Source of the DNA: Roseomonas sp.
GTDB taxonomy: Bacteria; Pseudomonadota; Alphaproteobacteria; Acetobacterales; Acetobacteraceae
Direction of reading: 5' to 3'
Length of the DNA stretch: 64,000 nt
Assembly (NCBI GenBank): GCA_020249465.1
Contig: JADCFP010000026.1
Location: forward strand, 10,861-74,860
Under the pieces are notes generated by a model that made no database searches, was not told the origin of the DNA, and saw nothing but the letters and a program-made list of their open reading frames with translations. Below, in pieces: positions 1 through 8,839 of the stretch; positions within the stretch are counted from its first letter, which is position 1; each line of letters begins with the position of its first letter. A program made the position numbers and the translations under genes.

Positions 1-1295
1 GCGGCCTGCGCGAAAATCTTGCGCACCATGCGGAGCCCACGCGCAAGTAATTCCTGATCGCTCCGGGCTGAGAGGTAATTCGGCCGAATGGTGGGTTTTT
101 CGAAGGGATCGGCAGATTTCGCCATGACCGTGCCGCGACTATCGGGCTTCACCGGACAAATGGCGCAGGTCATGCCGGGTTCTTTCTCAAGCACGCCAAA
201 CTGACCCAGCGCATAGCTCGCCGGCGTGAAAAGCAATTGCAGATCAGGGATGGCGAGCCCTTCGCGGGAGCGTGCAAAAACCTGCGCCGTGGTCACGCCA
301 AAAGTGAGCGCGCCATTGCCGAGCGTGAAGAAGCGCGCCACCTGTTCCACCAGGCGCAGGCCGCGCGCCAATTGATTGGTGCTGATGCTGTCCTTCACAC
401 GATGCTGCACGCGCGTGACGTAATGATCCTGCAGATTGGCGCCCACCTGGGGCATATCCTGTACAATCTCTATCCCCAGCGCGCGCAAATGCTCGGCCGG
501 ACCAATGCCGGAAATTTGCAGCACATGCGGTGAATTCACCGCGCCGCCTGAAAGGATCACTTCCCGCCGCGCGCGGATTTGCTTGAGCACGCCGCCCTGG
601 CGAAACTCGGCCCCCACGCAGCGCTTGCCGTCAAACAATAGCCGCGTAACCTGGGCTTCGGTTTCCACCTGCACCTTATCCCCCGCTTGCGCCAGATAGG
701 TGCGGGCGGTTGAACCGCGCCAGCGGCCAATACGCGTCATTTGCGAATAGCCAACGCCTTCCTGCTCAACCCCATTTAAATCGCGGCGGAAGGGATGGCC
801 CGCTTGCTGCGCTGCCTCAATGAAGCGATGCGTGAGCGGCAGGATGGTGCGGTAATCTTCCACCTGCAAAGGCCCATCCTGGCCGCGCACAGCAGGATCG
901 CCGCCATTGCGATAGGTTTCGCTACGGCGGAACAACGGCAGCACTTCCTCATAGCTCCAGCCGCGGCAGCCCATTTGCGCCCAAAGATCGAAATCGGCCG
1001 GATTGCCGCGCACATAAAGCATGCCGTTGATGGAAGAAGTGCCACCCAAGGTCCGCCCGCGCGGCCAGCGGATTTCGCGGTTATTGCTGCCGGCATCGGC
1101 TTCCGTGGTGTAGCCCCAATTCACGAGTTTCTGATTCTGCATCAGTTTCAGCATGCCGGCAGGGATATGAATCCAAGGGTGGCGATCCTTGGGCCCGGCT
1201 TCCAACAACGTGACGCGCCTCCCCGCCATGCCAAGCCGGCTTGCCACTACGCAGCCGGCAGACCCCGCGCCAATCACCAGATAATCGGTTTCCAT
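1..1295 (-). CDS. GMC-family FAD oxidoreductase (choline/alcohol dehydrogenase-like); 3' end outside window
   Basis: Not in ORF track because it is truncated by the window edge. Minus-strand reading from ATG 1295 gives METDYLVIGAGSAGCVVASRLGMAGRRVTLLEAGPKD... (GxGxxG FAD fold), then ...WPRGRTLGGTSSINGMLYVRGN..., open to position 1. Confidence 0.85.
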   Translation of the reverse strand, partial: METDYLVIGAGSAGCVVASRLGMAGRRVTLLEAGPKDRHPWIHIPAGMLKLMQNQKLVNWGYTTEADAGSNNREIRWPRGRTLGGTSSINGMLYVRGNPADFDLWAQMGCRGWSYEEVLPLFRRSETYRNGGDPAVRGQDGPLQVEDYRTILPLTHRFIEAAQQAGHPFRRDLNGVEQEGVGYSQMTRIGRWRGSTARTYLAQAGDKVQVETEAQVTRLLFDGKRCVGAEFRQGGVLKQIRARREVILSGGAVNSPHVLQISGIGPAEHLRALGIEIVQDMPQVGANLQDHYVTRVQHRVKDSISTNQLARGLRLVEQVARFFTLGNGALTFGVTTAQVFARSREGLAIPDLQLLFTPASYALGQFGVLEKEPGMTCAICPVKPDSRGTVMAKSADPFEKPTIRPNYLSARSDQELLARGLRMVRKIFAQA

Positions 1296-1305
1296 CGCCT
1301 CGCCC

Positions 1306-2271
1306 TCAATCCAGCTTTATTTTCGCATCGCGCACCAAGCTACCCCAGCGATCATATTCCGCGCGCACGAAACGCGCATAATCTTCTGGGCTGTCCGCGA
1401 CGGGCTCCGCACCCAAAGCATCAAAGCGCGCGCGGGTTTCTGGGTTGCGCGCGGCGGCGGCAACCGCCTGTTGCAAACGCGCAATGATAGTGGGCGGCGT
1501 GCGCGCCGGCGCCCAAATGCCGTACCAGGTGGAAATCTCGTAGCCAGGCACGCCGGCTTCAGCGATGGTCGGCAAATTCGGGAAGGGCGCGATACGATTG
1601 CGCGTTGTCACCGCCAAGGCCCGCAGGCGGCCATCACGCGCAGAAGCCGCGCTTGAGGGCACTGAATCAAACATGGCCTGGACATTGCCCGCGATCAGAT
1701 CCTGCACGGCGGGTCCGCTGCCGCGATAAGGCACATGCACCATATCGGTGCCGGTCAATTGTTTGAACAACTCGCCCGCCAAATGCGTCGCCCCGCCGGA
1801 GGATGAGGATGCATAGGAAATCCGCCCCGGATTGGCGCGCGCATAGGCGATGAATTCGGCAACACTACGCACTGGCAGCGCTGGATTCACGACCAGCCAA
1901 AGCGGCACGGCAGCGATATTCGTCACCGGCGCGAAATCCGCCAGCACATCAAACGGCATATTCGGTGTCAGATGCGGCACAATCACATGGGCCGAGGCAT
2001 TGACCAGAAAGGTACTGCCATCCGCTGGGGCGCGCGCCGCTTGCTCAGACCCGATCAGCCCATTGGCGCCGGCGCGATTCTCCACCACGAAGGGCTGACC
2101 AAGGGGGCCCTGCACCGCTTGGGCAATGATGCGGCCCATAATGTCGGTCGGCCCCCCGGGAGGATAGGGCACAATGAAGCGCACCGGGCGGCTTGGCCAT
2201 TCCGGCGCTTGAGCCCGCGCCGCGAATGGCAGCAAGGCTCCGGCAATCGCGGCGCGGCGAGTGATCTTCAT
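1306..2271 (-). CDS. Bug/TctC-family tripartite tricarboxylate transporter substrate-binding protein
   Basis: 321-aa ORF with signal peptide MKITRRAAIAGALLPFAARAQA followed by hallmark WPSRPVRFIVPYPPGGPTD. Confidence 0.9.
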   Translation of the reverse strand: MKITRRAAIAGALLPFAARAQAPEWPSRPVRFIVPYPPGGPTDIMGRIIAQAVQGPLGQPFVVENRAGANGLIGSEQAARAPADGSTFLVNASAHVIVPHLTPNMPFDVLADFAPVTNIAAVPLWLVVNPALPVRSVAEFIAYARANPGRISYASSSSGGATHLAGELFKQLTGTDMVHVPYRGSGPAVQDLIAGNVQAMFDSVPSSAASARDGRLRALAVTTRNRIAPFPNLPTIAEAGVPGYEISTWYGIWAPARTPPTIIARLQQAVAAAARNPETRARFDALGAEPVADSPEDYARFVRAEYDRWGSLVRDAKIKLD

Positions 2272-2338
2272 GGCGATCCCCTTCCCTTATTCAGGTTTGG
2301 CGTCAGGATAGGCATGATTTGGCGCTGGAGGAAACGCG

Positions 2339-3451
2339 ATGAATGAAGCGATGCGGCCCTATAAGGGGCTTCGGGTGCTGGATGCCGGCCAGGGCATTGC
2401 CGGCCCCTATTGCGGCATGATGCTGGCCGCCTGCGGCGCTGATGTCATCAAGCTTGAACCGCCCGAAGGCGATTGGTCGCGCGGGCTTGGCACGGCCAAG
2501 GATACGGTCTCCGTCATGACGGTGTGCTTCAATCGCGGCAAGCGTTCCGTGGTGCTGGATTTGAAATCGGATGAGGGCAAGCGCGCCGCCGCAGCCTTGG
2601 CAGCGCAGGCGGATGTGCTGATTGAAGCCTTCCGCCCCGGTGTGGCCGCGCGCATCGGTCTCGGGCCAGAAAACGCCAAGCCGGATGCGGTGTGTCTTTC
2701 CATTTCCGGCTTTGGTCAAAGCGGGCCTTATGCGGAACGGCCATGTACGGATTCCGTGGCGCAAGCCTTTTCCGGCTTCGTCAGCCTGAATGAAGGTGCG
2801 GATGGCGCGCCGCATAAGGCCGGCGCCTTCATCGCCGATATGGCGACGGGGATTTATGCCTTCTCAGCAGTGCAAGTCGCCCTCGCCGCGCGCGCGCAGG
2901 ATAGCACGCCACGACAGCGCGTAATTGACATGTCGCTTATGGCCGCGACGTCTAATCTGTTGACGCATCAAATCGGCGAATGGGGCGTACAGGGCAAATC
3001 AGCGGCGCCACCCAATGCGCCGGCGGGGGCCTATCGCGCGGCGGATGGTGGCTGGGTGATGATTACGCTGGTTCGTGAAGCGGAATGGCCGAAGCTTTGC
3101 GGCGCGCTAGGCATCGCTGATATTGCTGCCGATCCGCGCTTCCTGAATTTCGATTTGCGCTGGCAGAATAGGGATGCGCTTTACGCCATAATACGCGCGG
3201 CCTTCCTGAAAAAGCCTGTTGCGGAATGGGTGACAATCTTACAGGGCGAAAGACTGCTCGCTGACCGCGTTAATACGCCGCTTGATTGGTTGGCGAATGA
3301 GCATGTGGTGGCCTATGGCGCGGCGGCGCGCATTCCGCAGCCGCAATTGGGCGCGGTGCCGCTGCCGATGCTGCCGGGGCTTGGCCATTGGATGGCGGAA
3401 GCCCCGACGCTTGGTCAGCACACGGCGGATGTGCTGGCCGAGTTGGGGTAA
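2339..3451 (+). CDS. Family III CoA-transferase (CaiB/BaiF family)
   Basis: 370-aa ORF; N-terminal GLRVLDAGQGIAGPYCGMMLAACGADVIKLEPPEGD is typical of CaiB/BaiF. Confidence 0.85.
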   Translation: MNEAMRPYKGLRVLDAGQGIAGPYCGMMLAACGADVIKLEPPEGDWSRGLGTAKDTVSVMTVCFNRGKRSVVLDLKSDEGKRAAAALAAQADVLIEAFRPGVAARIGLGPENAKPDAVCLSISGFGQSGPYAERPCTDSVAQAFSGFVSLNEGADGAPHKAGAFIADMATGIYAFSAVQVALAARAQDSTPRQRVIDMSLMAATSNLLTHQIGEWGVQGKSAAPPNAPAGAYRAADGGWVMITLVREAEWPKLCGALGIADIAADPRFLNFDLRWQNRDALYAIIRAAFLKKPVAEWVTILQGERLLADRVNTPLDWLANEHVVAYGAAARIPQPQLGAVPLPMLPGLGHWMAEAPTLGQHTADVLAELG

Positions 3452-3479
3452 GTGAGCGTTTAAAAGACTATCGCATCCG

Positions 3480-3504
3480 AAAAAACGCCCGCCGAAGGCG
3501 GGCG
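3480..3504 (-). terminator. Intrinsic terminator (hairpin plus T-run on minus strand)
   Basis: CGCCCGCC-GAA-GGCGGGCG stem-loop at 3486-3504. It is preceded on the plus strand by A6 (3480-3485), which is T6 after the hairpin on the minus strand. Lies downstream of the lactonase gene and of the convergent CoA-transferase gene. Confidence 0.6.
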
Positions 3505-3572
3505 CGAGCCCGAATGGGCGACGCCGCTTATGCGGCAAAGCCAAGCGCGCGGAGGCGCGCGCCGGCGCTGGA

Positions 3573-3620
3573 GCATTTTCAAGCCAAGCTAAATCGCTTG
3601 GCGGCTCAGAAAATGCGATC
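3573..3620 (+). repeat. REP-like two-tier palindromic element, copy A
   Basis: GCATTTTCAAGCCAAGCTAAATCGCTTGGCGGCTCAGAAAATGCGATC. Same architecture as 14813-14860 and, inverted, 17287-17332. Outer stem GCATTTTC/GAAAATGC, inner stem GCCAAG/CTTGGC. Intergenic. Confidence 0.8.
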
Positions 3621-3667
3621 AAACGCATGGCATTAAGGGCGGATCGGTCACGATCCGCAACACAAAA

Positions 3668-4606
3668 TTAATTATGCGGCAGGCGCAGGCCCGGTTCATC
3701 CCATTGCATCGCCACCAACTTTCCCGTGTTGGACAGCGTAATATAAGCCGTGCGCATATCCGGCCCACCAAAGCAGATATTGGTCGGCATGCGTTCCGGC
3801 ATTTTCACGGTGCGGAGAATCTCGCCCGAAGGTGACACGGTGGTGATTTCCCCCGAAACCAGTGTCGCCACAATGATATTGCCTGACGCCGCAATCGCGA
3901 GGCTATCCAACCGCCGATAGCCCGGGAATTGGCACAGCACGCGCCCGCCGGCGCTGGATGGCCAGGGCTCCTTCTTCAGCTTGCCAGGCGCTTCAATATC
4001 CCAAGCCCAAAGCCGACCGGTTTCGGTCTCGGCCACATAAAGCGTCTTGCCATCAGGGCTGATGCCAATGCCATTGGCGCCACCAAATACCGGGAAGGCC
4101 GCTTCCACCACGCGCGATCCATCCTCGGATGCCCAATACGCACCGCCATGGTCGCGATCCCGCGCGCGCACCTTGCCGAGATCAGAAAACCAAAAGCCGC
4201 CCTTGCCATCGAACATCAAATCATTCGGCCCGCGCAAAGGCCGCCCATCGCAAACCCGGATCAGCGCTTCAACCTTGCCGGTCGTGGCATCAATCTTCTC
4301 AATCCGCCCGCCCGAATAATCCGGTGATTGGCCGCTCGGGCGCAAAATCCCAGGTTCTTCGTGCCAGGTGAAGCCGCCATTATTGCAAACATAGAAACTG
4401 CCATTTGGCCCGAGTGCGAGACCATTCGGCGCGCCTTCTACGGTGGCGATCGTGGTTTTCGTGCCATTGGGCGCCACTTTTGTGATGCGCCGCGCTTCGA
4501 TTTCCACCAGCGCCACAGACCCATCGGGCATGGCAACGGGGCCTTCGGGGAAGCGCAGCCCCTCGGCGATGATCTTCAGGTCGGGTGATGCAACATGAAC
4601 GGCCAT
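3668..4606 (-). CDS. SMP-30/gluconolactonase/LRE-family lactonase
   Basis: ORF 3668-4621. The internal ATG at 4606 is preceded by AGGAGGAAACC. Contains IIAEGLRFPEGPVAMPDGSV and repeated beta-propeller-like GPNG/PDG motifs. Confidence 0.8.
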   Translation of the reverse strand: MAVHVASPDLKIIAEGLRFPEGPVAMPDGSVALVEIEARRITKVAPNGTKTTIATVEGAPNGLALGPNGSFYVCNNGGFTWHEEPGILRPSGQSPDYSGGRIEKIDATTGKVEALIRVCDGRPLRGPNDLMFDGKGGFWFSDLGKVRARDRDHGGAYWASEDGSRVVEAAFPVFGGANGIGISPDGKTLYVAETETGRLWAWDIEAPGKLKKEPWPSSAGGRVLCQFPGYRRLDSLAIAASGNIIVATLVSGEITTVSPSGEILRTVKMPERMPTNICFGGPDMRTAYITLSNTGKLVAMQWDEPGLRLPHN

Positions 4607-4700
4607 GGTTTCCTCCTGCATTGGTTGAGGGGATCATGGCCCTGTTTTGCCCCGCTGCGAAGCCTTGACGGCGGGCGGCTTCGGGGGAAGCCTTCACCCC

Positions 4701-6347
4701 ATGAAAACCGCCCCTGATCCCGTCACGCTCTCGGTCCTCGATAACCGTTTCCGCGCCATTGTGGAGGAAATGGGGGAGGCAATGCTGCGCACCGCCTATT
4801 CGCAAATCCTGAACTCGTCCCGCGATTTCTCCATCGCGCTGTGTGATGCCGAAGCGCGGCTGGTGGCGCAGGCGGATCACATCCCGGTGCATGTCGGTGC
4901 CATGCCCTTCGCTGTACAGGCGGTGCGTGATGCCTTTGGCGATAGCGTACAAGAAGGCGATATTTATCTTCTGAACGACCCCTATCATGGCGGGTCGCAT
5001 TTGCCGGACCTGACCGCCATTGTGCCGGTCTTCGCCGAAGGGCGCTTGGTATTCTGGTCCGTGGTGCGCGCGCATCATACGGATATCGGCGGCGCGACCC
5101 ATGGCGGCTATAATCCGGGTGCGACAGAGATTTGGCAGGAAGGGCTGCGCGTGCCCCCGATTCTACTCGGCCAGGGGCGCATTCCGCGCGAAGATTTGGT
5201 CCGTATGATCATCACCAATACGCGCCTCGCGCGCGATGTACGCGGTGATCTGATGGCGATGATCGGTGCCGCGCATCTTGGCGAAAAGCGCTTGCTGTCG
5301 GTGCTGGCGCGTTATGGCGCTGATACCACCGTGGCGGCGGTGGATGCGATTCTCAAGCTCGCGGAAGCGCATACACGGCGCATCATTTCCACCTGGGCCG
5401 ATGGCACCTGGCTGGGCGAGGCATTTCTGGATGACGACGGCTTTGGCGGCAAGGATATCGCCATTCGCGCGCGCGTGACAAAGCAGGGTGATCATCTGAC
5501 CGTGGACCTGACGGAAAGCGCGCCGCAAACGCCTGGCTTCGTCAATTCATCCTATCCCAATATGGCGAGTGCGGTGCGCATGGCGCTTGCCTTCCTGCTG
5601 GATCCGGAAGTGGCGAAGAATGATGGCTGCTTCCGGCCCCTCACGATCAAGGCGCGCGAAGGCACGGTGGTCTGGGCCGCTGAAGGTGCGCCAGTGACCA
5701 TGTGCACATCGCATTGTTCGAATGAGATTGTGGAGGCGGTGGTGAAGGCGCTGGCGAACGCCTGCCCAGATCGCGCCATGGGTGGTTGGGGGCGGCGTTT
5801 TCGCGTGGCAATCAAGGGGCGCGATCCTCGGCGGCCGGGGCGCTTTTTCGTCTGGCACATGTTCCATGCGCGGCCAGGTGGTGGCGGTTCATCGGGCGGC
5901 GATGGTTGGTCCACTGCCGGCGAATGGCATTCTGCCGGCGGTTTGAAATTCGGCAGTGTAGAAATGGCGGAAGCGCGTTTTCCGCTGTATTTCGCGCGCC
6001 ATGAATTCCGCCCCGGCAGCGCGGGTGATGGCACCTATCGCGGCGGGCTTGGTGGCGATTTGCTGCTGAAGTTGGAAACCGATGGCCCATCAGTGGCGAA
6101 TACCGCCGGTGATGGCGTGCGCTATGGCGCGGCGGGGATGCTCGGCGGCAAGGATGGCCTGCCGCATCATTATCGGCTGGAACGCGCCGATGGCAGCGCG
6201 CGGGATTTGCGCACCAAGGAAGTGGGTATTCCCTTGGCGCCTGGGGATCAATTGCATGTGCTCTCGGGCGGCGGCGGCGGTTGGGGGCCGCCCGAAAAAC
6301 GCGACCCCGCCGCGCGTGCGGCTGATGCGGCGGAGGGCTTGGTATGA
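4701..6347 (+). CDS. hyuB: Hydantoinase B/oxoprolinase family protein
   Basis: ORF 4647-6347. Start moved to MKTAPDPVTLSVLDNRFRAIVEEMGEAMLRTAYSQILNSSRDFS, the canonical HyuB N-terminus. 4-bp ATGA overlap with the next gene. Confidence 0.85.
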   Translation: MKTAPDPVTLSVLDNRFRAIVEEMGEAMLRTAYSQILNSSRDFSIALCDAEARLVAQADHIPVHVGAMPFAVQAVRDAFGDSVQEGDIYLLNDPYHGGSHLPDLTAIVPVFAEGRLVFWSVVRAHHTDIGGATHGGYNPGATEIWQEGLRVPPILLGQGRIPREDLVRMIITNTRLARDVRGDLMAMIGAAHLGEKRLLSVLARYGADTTVAAVDAILKLAEAHTRRIISTWADGTWLGEAFLDDDGFGGKDIAIRARVTKQGDHLTVDLTESAPQTPGFVNSSYPNMASAVRMALAFLLDPEVAKNDGCFRPLTIKAREGTVVWAAEGAPVTMCTSHCSNEIVEAVVKALANACPDRAMGGWGRRFRVAIKGRDPRRPGRFFVWHMFHARPGGGGSSGGDGWSTAGEWHSAGGLKFGSVEMAEARFPLYFARHEFRPGSAGDGTYRGGLGGDLLLKLETDGPSVANTAGDGVRYGAAGMLGGKDGLPHHYRLERADGSARDLRTKEVGIPLAPGDQLHVLSGGGGGWGPPEKRDPAARAADAAEGLV

Positions 6348-8398
6348 CCTATCGTATCGGCGTTGATGTCGGCGGCACTTTCACCGATGTGGTCTGCGTC
6401 GCCGCTGATGGCACCACAACGCTCGCCAAGGCTGCCAGTACGCCCGCTGATCAAAGCGAAGGCGTAGTCGCGGGGCTTGCGGTTCTGGCGGAAACGCTTG
6501 GCGTCACGCTGGCGGATCTGCTGCGGCAGACCGAACGCATCGTCCATGGCACCACGGTCGCCACCAATGCCTTGTTGGAACGCAAGGGCGCGAAGATTGC
6601 GATGCTCACCACCGAAGGGCATCGCGATGTGATTGAAATGCGTGAGGGTCTGAAGCCCGAACGCTACAACATGCGCCTGCCCGCCGCGCCCGCGCTGGTG
6701 CCGCGCCGCTTGCGGCTTGCGGTGCGCGAAAGGCTGCGCCCGGATGGGCGGGTGGAAGTGCCGCTGGATCACGCTTCGCTCAATGCCGCGATTGCACAAT
6801 TGCGCGCGGAAAAGGTGGAAGCCGTCGCGATATGTTTCCTCCATTCCTGGCGCGATGCGCGCCATGAAAACGCTGCCGCCGAGGCTTTGCGCGCGGCCTT
6901 GCCTGGGGTTTTCATCACGACATCAGCGGAAGTGCTGCCGCAGATCAAGGAATTTGAACGCTTTTCGACCGCAGCGGTGAATGCCTATGTGGGGCCGATT
7001 GTCTCACGCTATCTGGCGCGGCTGCGCGGGCGCTTGGAACAGGCGGGTTATGGCGGGCCGGTGTTTGTTATCCTCTCCCATGGTGGTGTGGCGCCGGTGG
7101 AAGAAGCGGCGCGCTTGGCAGCGGGCACGGCGCTGTCAGGCCCGGCAGGCGGTGTTGCGGCGGGCGTTGCCTTGGCGGAACGCGGCCTCGGGCAGGATCT
7201 GATCACTTTTGATGTCGGCGGCACCTCCACCGATATTGCGCTGATCCAGGAAGGTGACGCCGCGCTTGGCCGAGGCCGCGATGTCGCTGGCGAACGCATT
7301 GCGCTGGAAAGTCTGGACATCGTGACCCTTGGCGCGGGTGGCGGTTCCATCGGCCATGTCGGCGCCGGAGGCACCTTGCAGGTTGGCCCGCGCAGCGCCG
7401 GCGCCGTGCCGGGGCCGGCAGCCTATGGGCAGGGGGGCACGGAACCGGCGGTGACAGATGCCAATCTGGTGCTGGGCTATCTGGATGCCGCGAATTTCCT
7501 GGGCGGCAAGCGCAAGCTGGATATGGCAGCGGCAGAGCGCGCCTTTGCGAACCTCGGCGCCAGGCTTGGGCTTACTGCCATGGCAGCGGCGGCGGGTGTG
7601 CACAGGCTTGCGAATATCCGCATGGCAGATGGGATTCGCGTGGCGACCGTCAGGCGCGGCGTTGATCCGCGTGATTTCTGCTTGCTCGCCTTTGGTGGCG
7701 CGGCGGGGTTGCATGCCAGCGCCGTGGCGCGGGAATTAGGCATGCGGCGCGTGGCCGTGCCCTTCTTTGCCGCCGGGCTTTCCGCCTGGGGCATGCTGCA
7801 TACGGATTTGCGGTACGAGATGGCGCGCAGCGAATTGAATACGGGCGGCGTGCCAGATGATGAAGCGCTGCGCGCCATTTGGGCCACCTTGGAAAAGGAA
7901 GGCCGTGCGCGAGTCGCCAGTTGGTTTGGCGGTACGGTGGAAACACGGCGCGCGGCGGATATGCGCTATGGCGAACAGGTTTTTGATATCGCCGTGCCGC
8001 TTGATCATGTCGCTTGGGAAGGCGCCGGGCTTGCGGATCGGCTGCGCGATGCCTTCCATGCGCGGCACGAAGCGCTGTTCACCTATGCGCTACGGCAGGA
8101 AGAAGTGGTGCTGGTGAATGCCAGGCTGGCGGTGATTGGTCGCTTACCACCAATGCCGGCACCCGCAGGCAAGGCAGTGGGCGGCTTGGTGACGCCGCGT
8201 GGCGCGCGCCGCATCATGCTGGAAGCTGGCCTGGCGGATGTGCCGGTCTATGATTTCGCGGCACTCGGCGCGGATCAGCCGGTGGCAGGACCTGCGATTG
8301 TGGAAAGCGATACCACCACCGTGCTGCTGCTACCGGGCGATGCCGCGCGGATGGATGCGCGCGGGTGGTTGGAGATGACGCTACCCGAACAGGGGTGA
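6344..8398 (+). CDS. hyuA: Hydantoinase A/oxoprolinase family protein
   Basis: 684-aa ORF; MTYRIGVDVGGTFTDVV N-terminus plus a second ATPase-like FDVGGTSTD motif. Confidence 0.9.
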   Translation: MTYRIGVDVGGTFTDVVCVAADGTTTLAKAASTPADQSEGVVAGLAVLAETLGVTLADLLRQTERIVHGTTVATNALLERKGAKIAMLTTEGHRDVIEMREGLKPERYNMRLPAAPALVPRRLRLAVRERLRPDGRVEVPLDHASLNAAIAQLRAEKVEAVAICFLHSWRDARHENAAAEALRAALPGVFITTSAEVLPQIKEFERFSTAAVNAYVGPIVSRYLARLRGRLEQAGYGGPVFVILSHGGVAPVEEAARLAAGTALSGPAGGVAAGVALAERGLGQDLITFDVGGTSTDIALIQEGDAALGRGRDVAGERIALESLDIVTLGAGGGSIGHVGAGGTLQVGPRSAGAVPGPAAYGQGGTEPAVTDANLVLGYLDAANFLGGKRKLDMAAAERAFANLGARLGLTAMAAAAGVHRLANIRMADGIRVATVRRGVDPRDFCLLAFGGAAGLHASAVARELGMRRVAVPFFAAGLSAWGMLHTDLRYEMARSELNTGGVPDDEALRAIWATLEKEGRARVASWFGGTVETRRAADMRYGEQVFDIAVPLDHVAWEGAGLADRLRDAFHARHEALFTYALRQEEVVLVNARLAVIGRLPPMPAPAGKAVGGLVTPRGARRIMLEAGLADVPVYDFAALGADQPVAGPAIVESDTTTVLLLPGDAARMDARGWLEMTLPEQG

Positions 8399-8404
8399 AG
8401 GCGT

Positions 8405-8839
8405 TCAACGCACCGGAACAGGGGGCGGTAAGGGCTGCGCCGGCGCGGCGGGTGCTTCGGGGGCCGGTGTCGCCGCCGTTTCCGGCTTGTCGGTGGCGAT
8501 GTTTTCACCCTGCCGCGCGGTCCATTGACCCGCGCTTTCCAATTGCCGGCCAGTCCAATTCATGGCGCGCCCAAAGGCCGAGGTGGTTTCCTCTGCCGCC
8601 TTCCCAACCGCTGCGCCGGCGCGTTCACCCAAGCTGCGTTCGGCTGGGACTGCAGCTGGGGCGGTGGCTTGTGGTGCGGGTGCCGCGACAGCAGGTGCAT
8701 CACTGGCCGCCGGGGCACCAGGCGCAATCGGCACGGGCGGGGGCAGGCTTTGTGCCAGGCTGGTACCACCAAGCCCAAGCAGAAAGACGAAAATCAGATG
8801 ATACATGCGCACCACTCCCGAGGGTTTCCTCATCCCCAT
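8405..8839 (-). CDS. Small secreted Ala/Pro-rich hypothetical protein
   Basis: ORF 8405-8863. Signal-peptide-like MRKPSGVVRMYHLIFVFLLGLGGTSLAQS. LPPPVP motif at both ends of the mature part. Candidate starts at 8839 (TGATG overlap with the upstream stop), 8833 or 8806; the start is uncertain. Confidence 0.5.
   Translation of the reverse strand: MGMRKPSGVVRMYHLIFVFLLGLGGTSLAQSLPPPVPIAPGAPAASDAPAVAAPAPQATAPAAVPAERSLGERAGAAVGKAAEETTSAFGRAMNWTGRQLESAGQWTARQGENIATDKPETAATPAPEAPAAPAQPLPPPVPVR

Noticed and set aside
61-83. CTGAGAG-containing string reminiscent of a TPP riboswitch core.
   Set aside because: It lies inside the coding region of the GMC oxidoreductase on the opposite strand. It lacks the rest of the THI-box and is not upstream of any thiamine-related gene.
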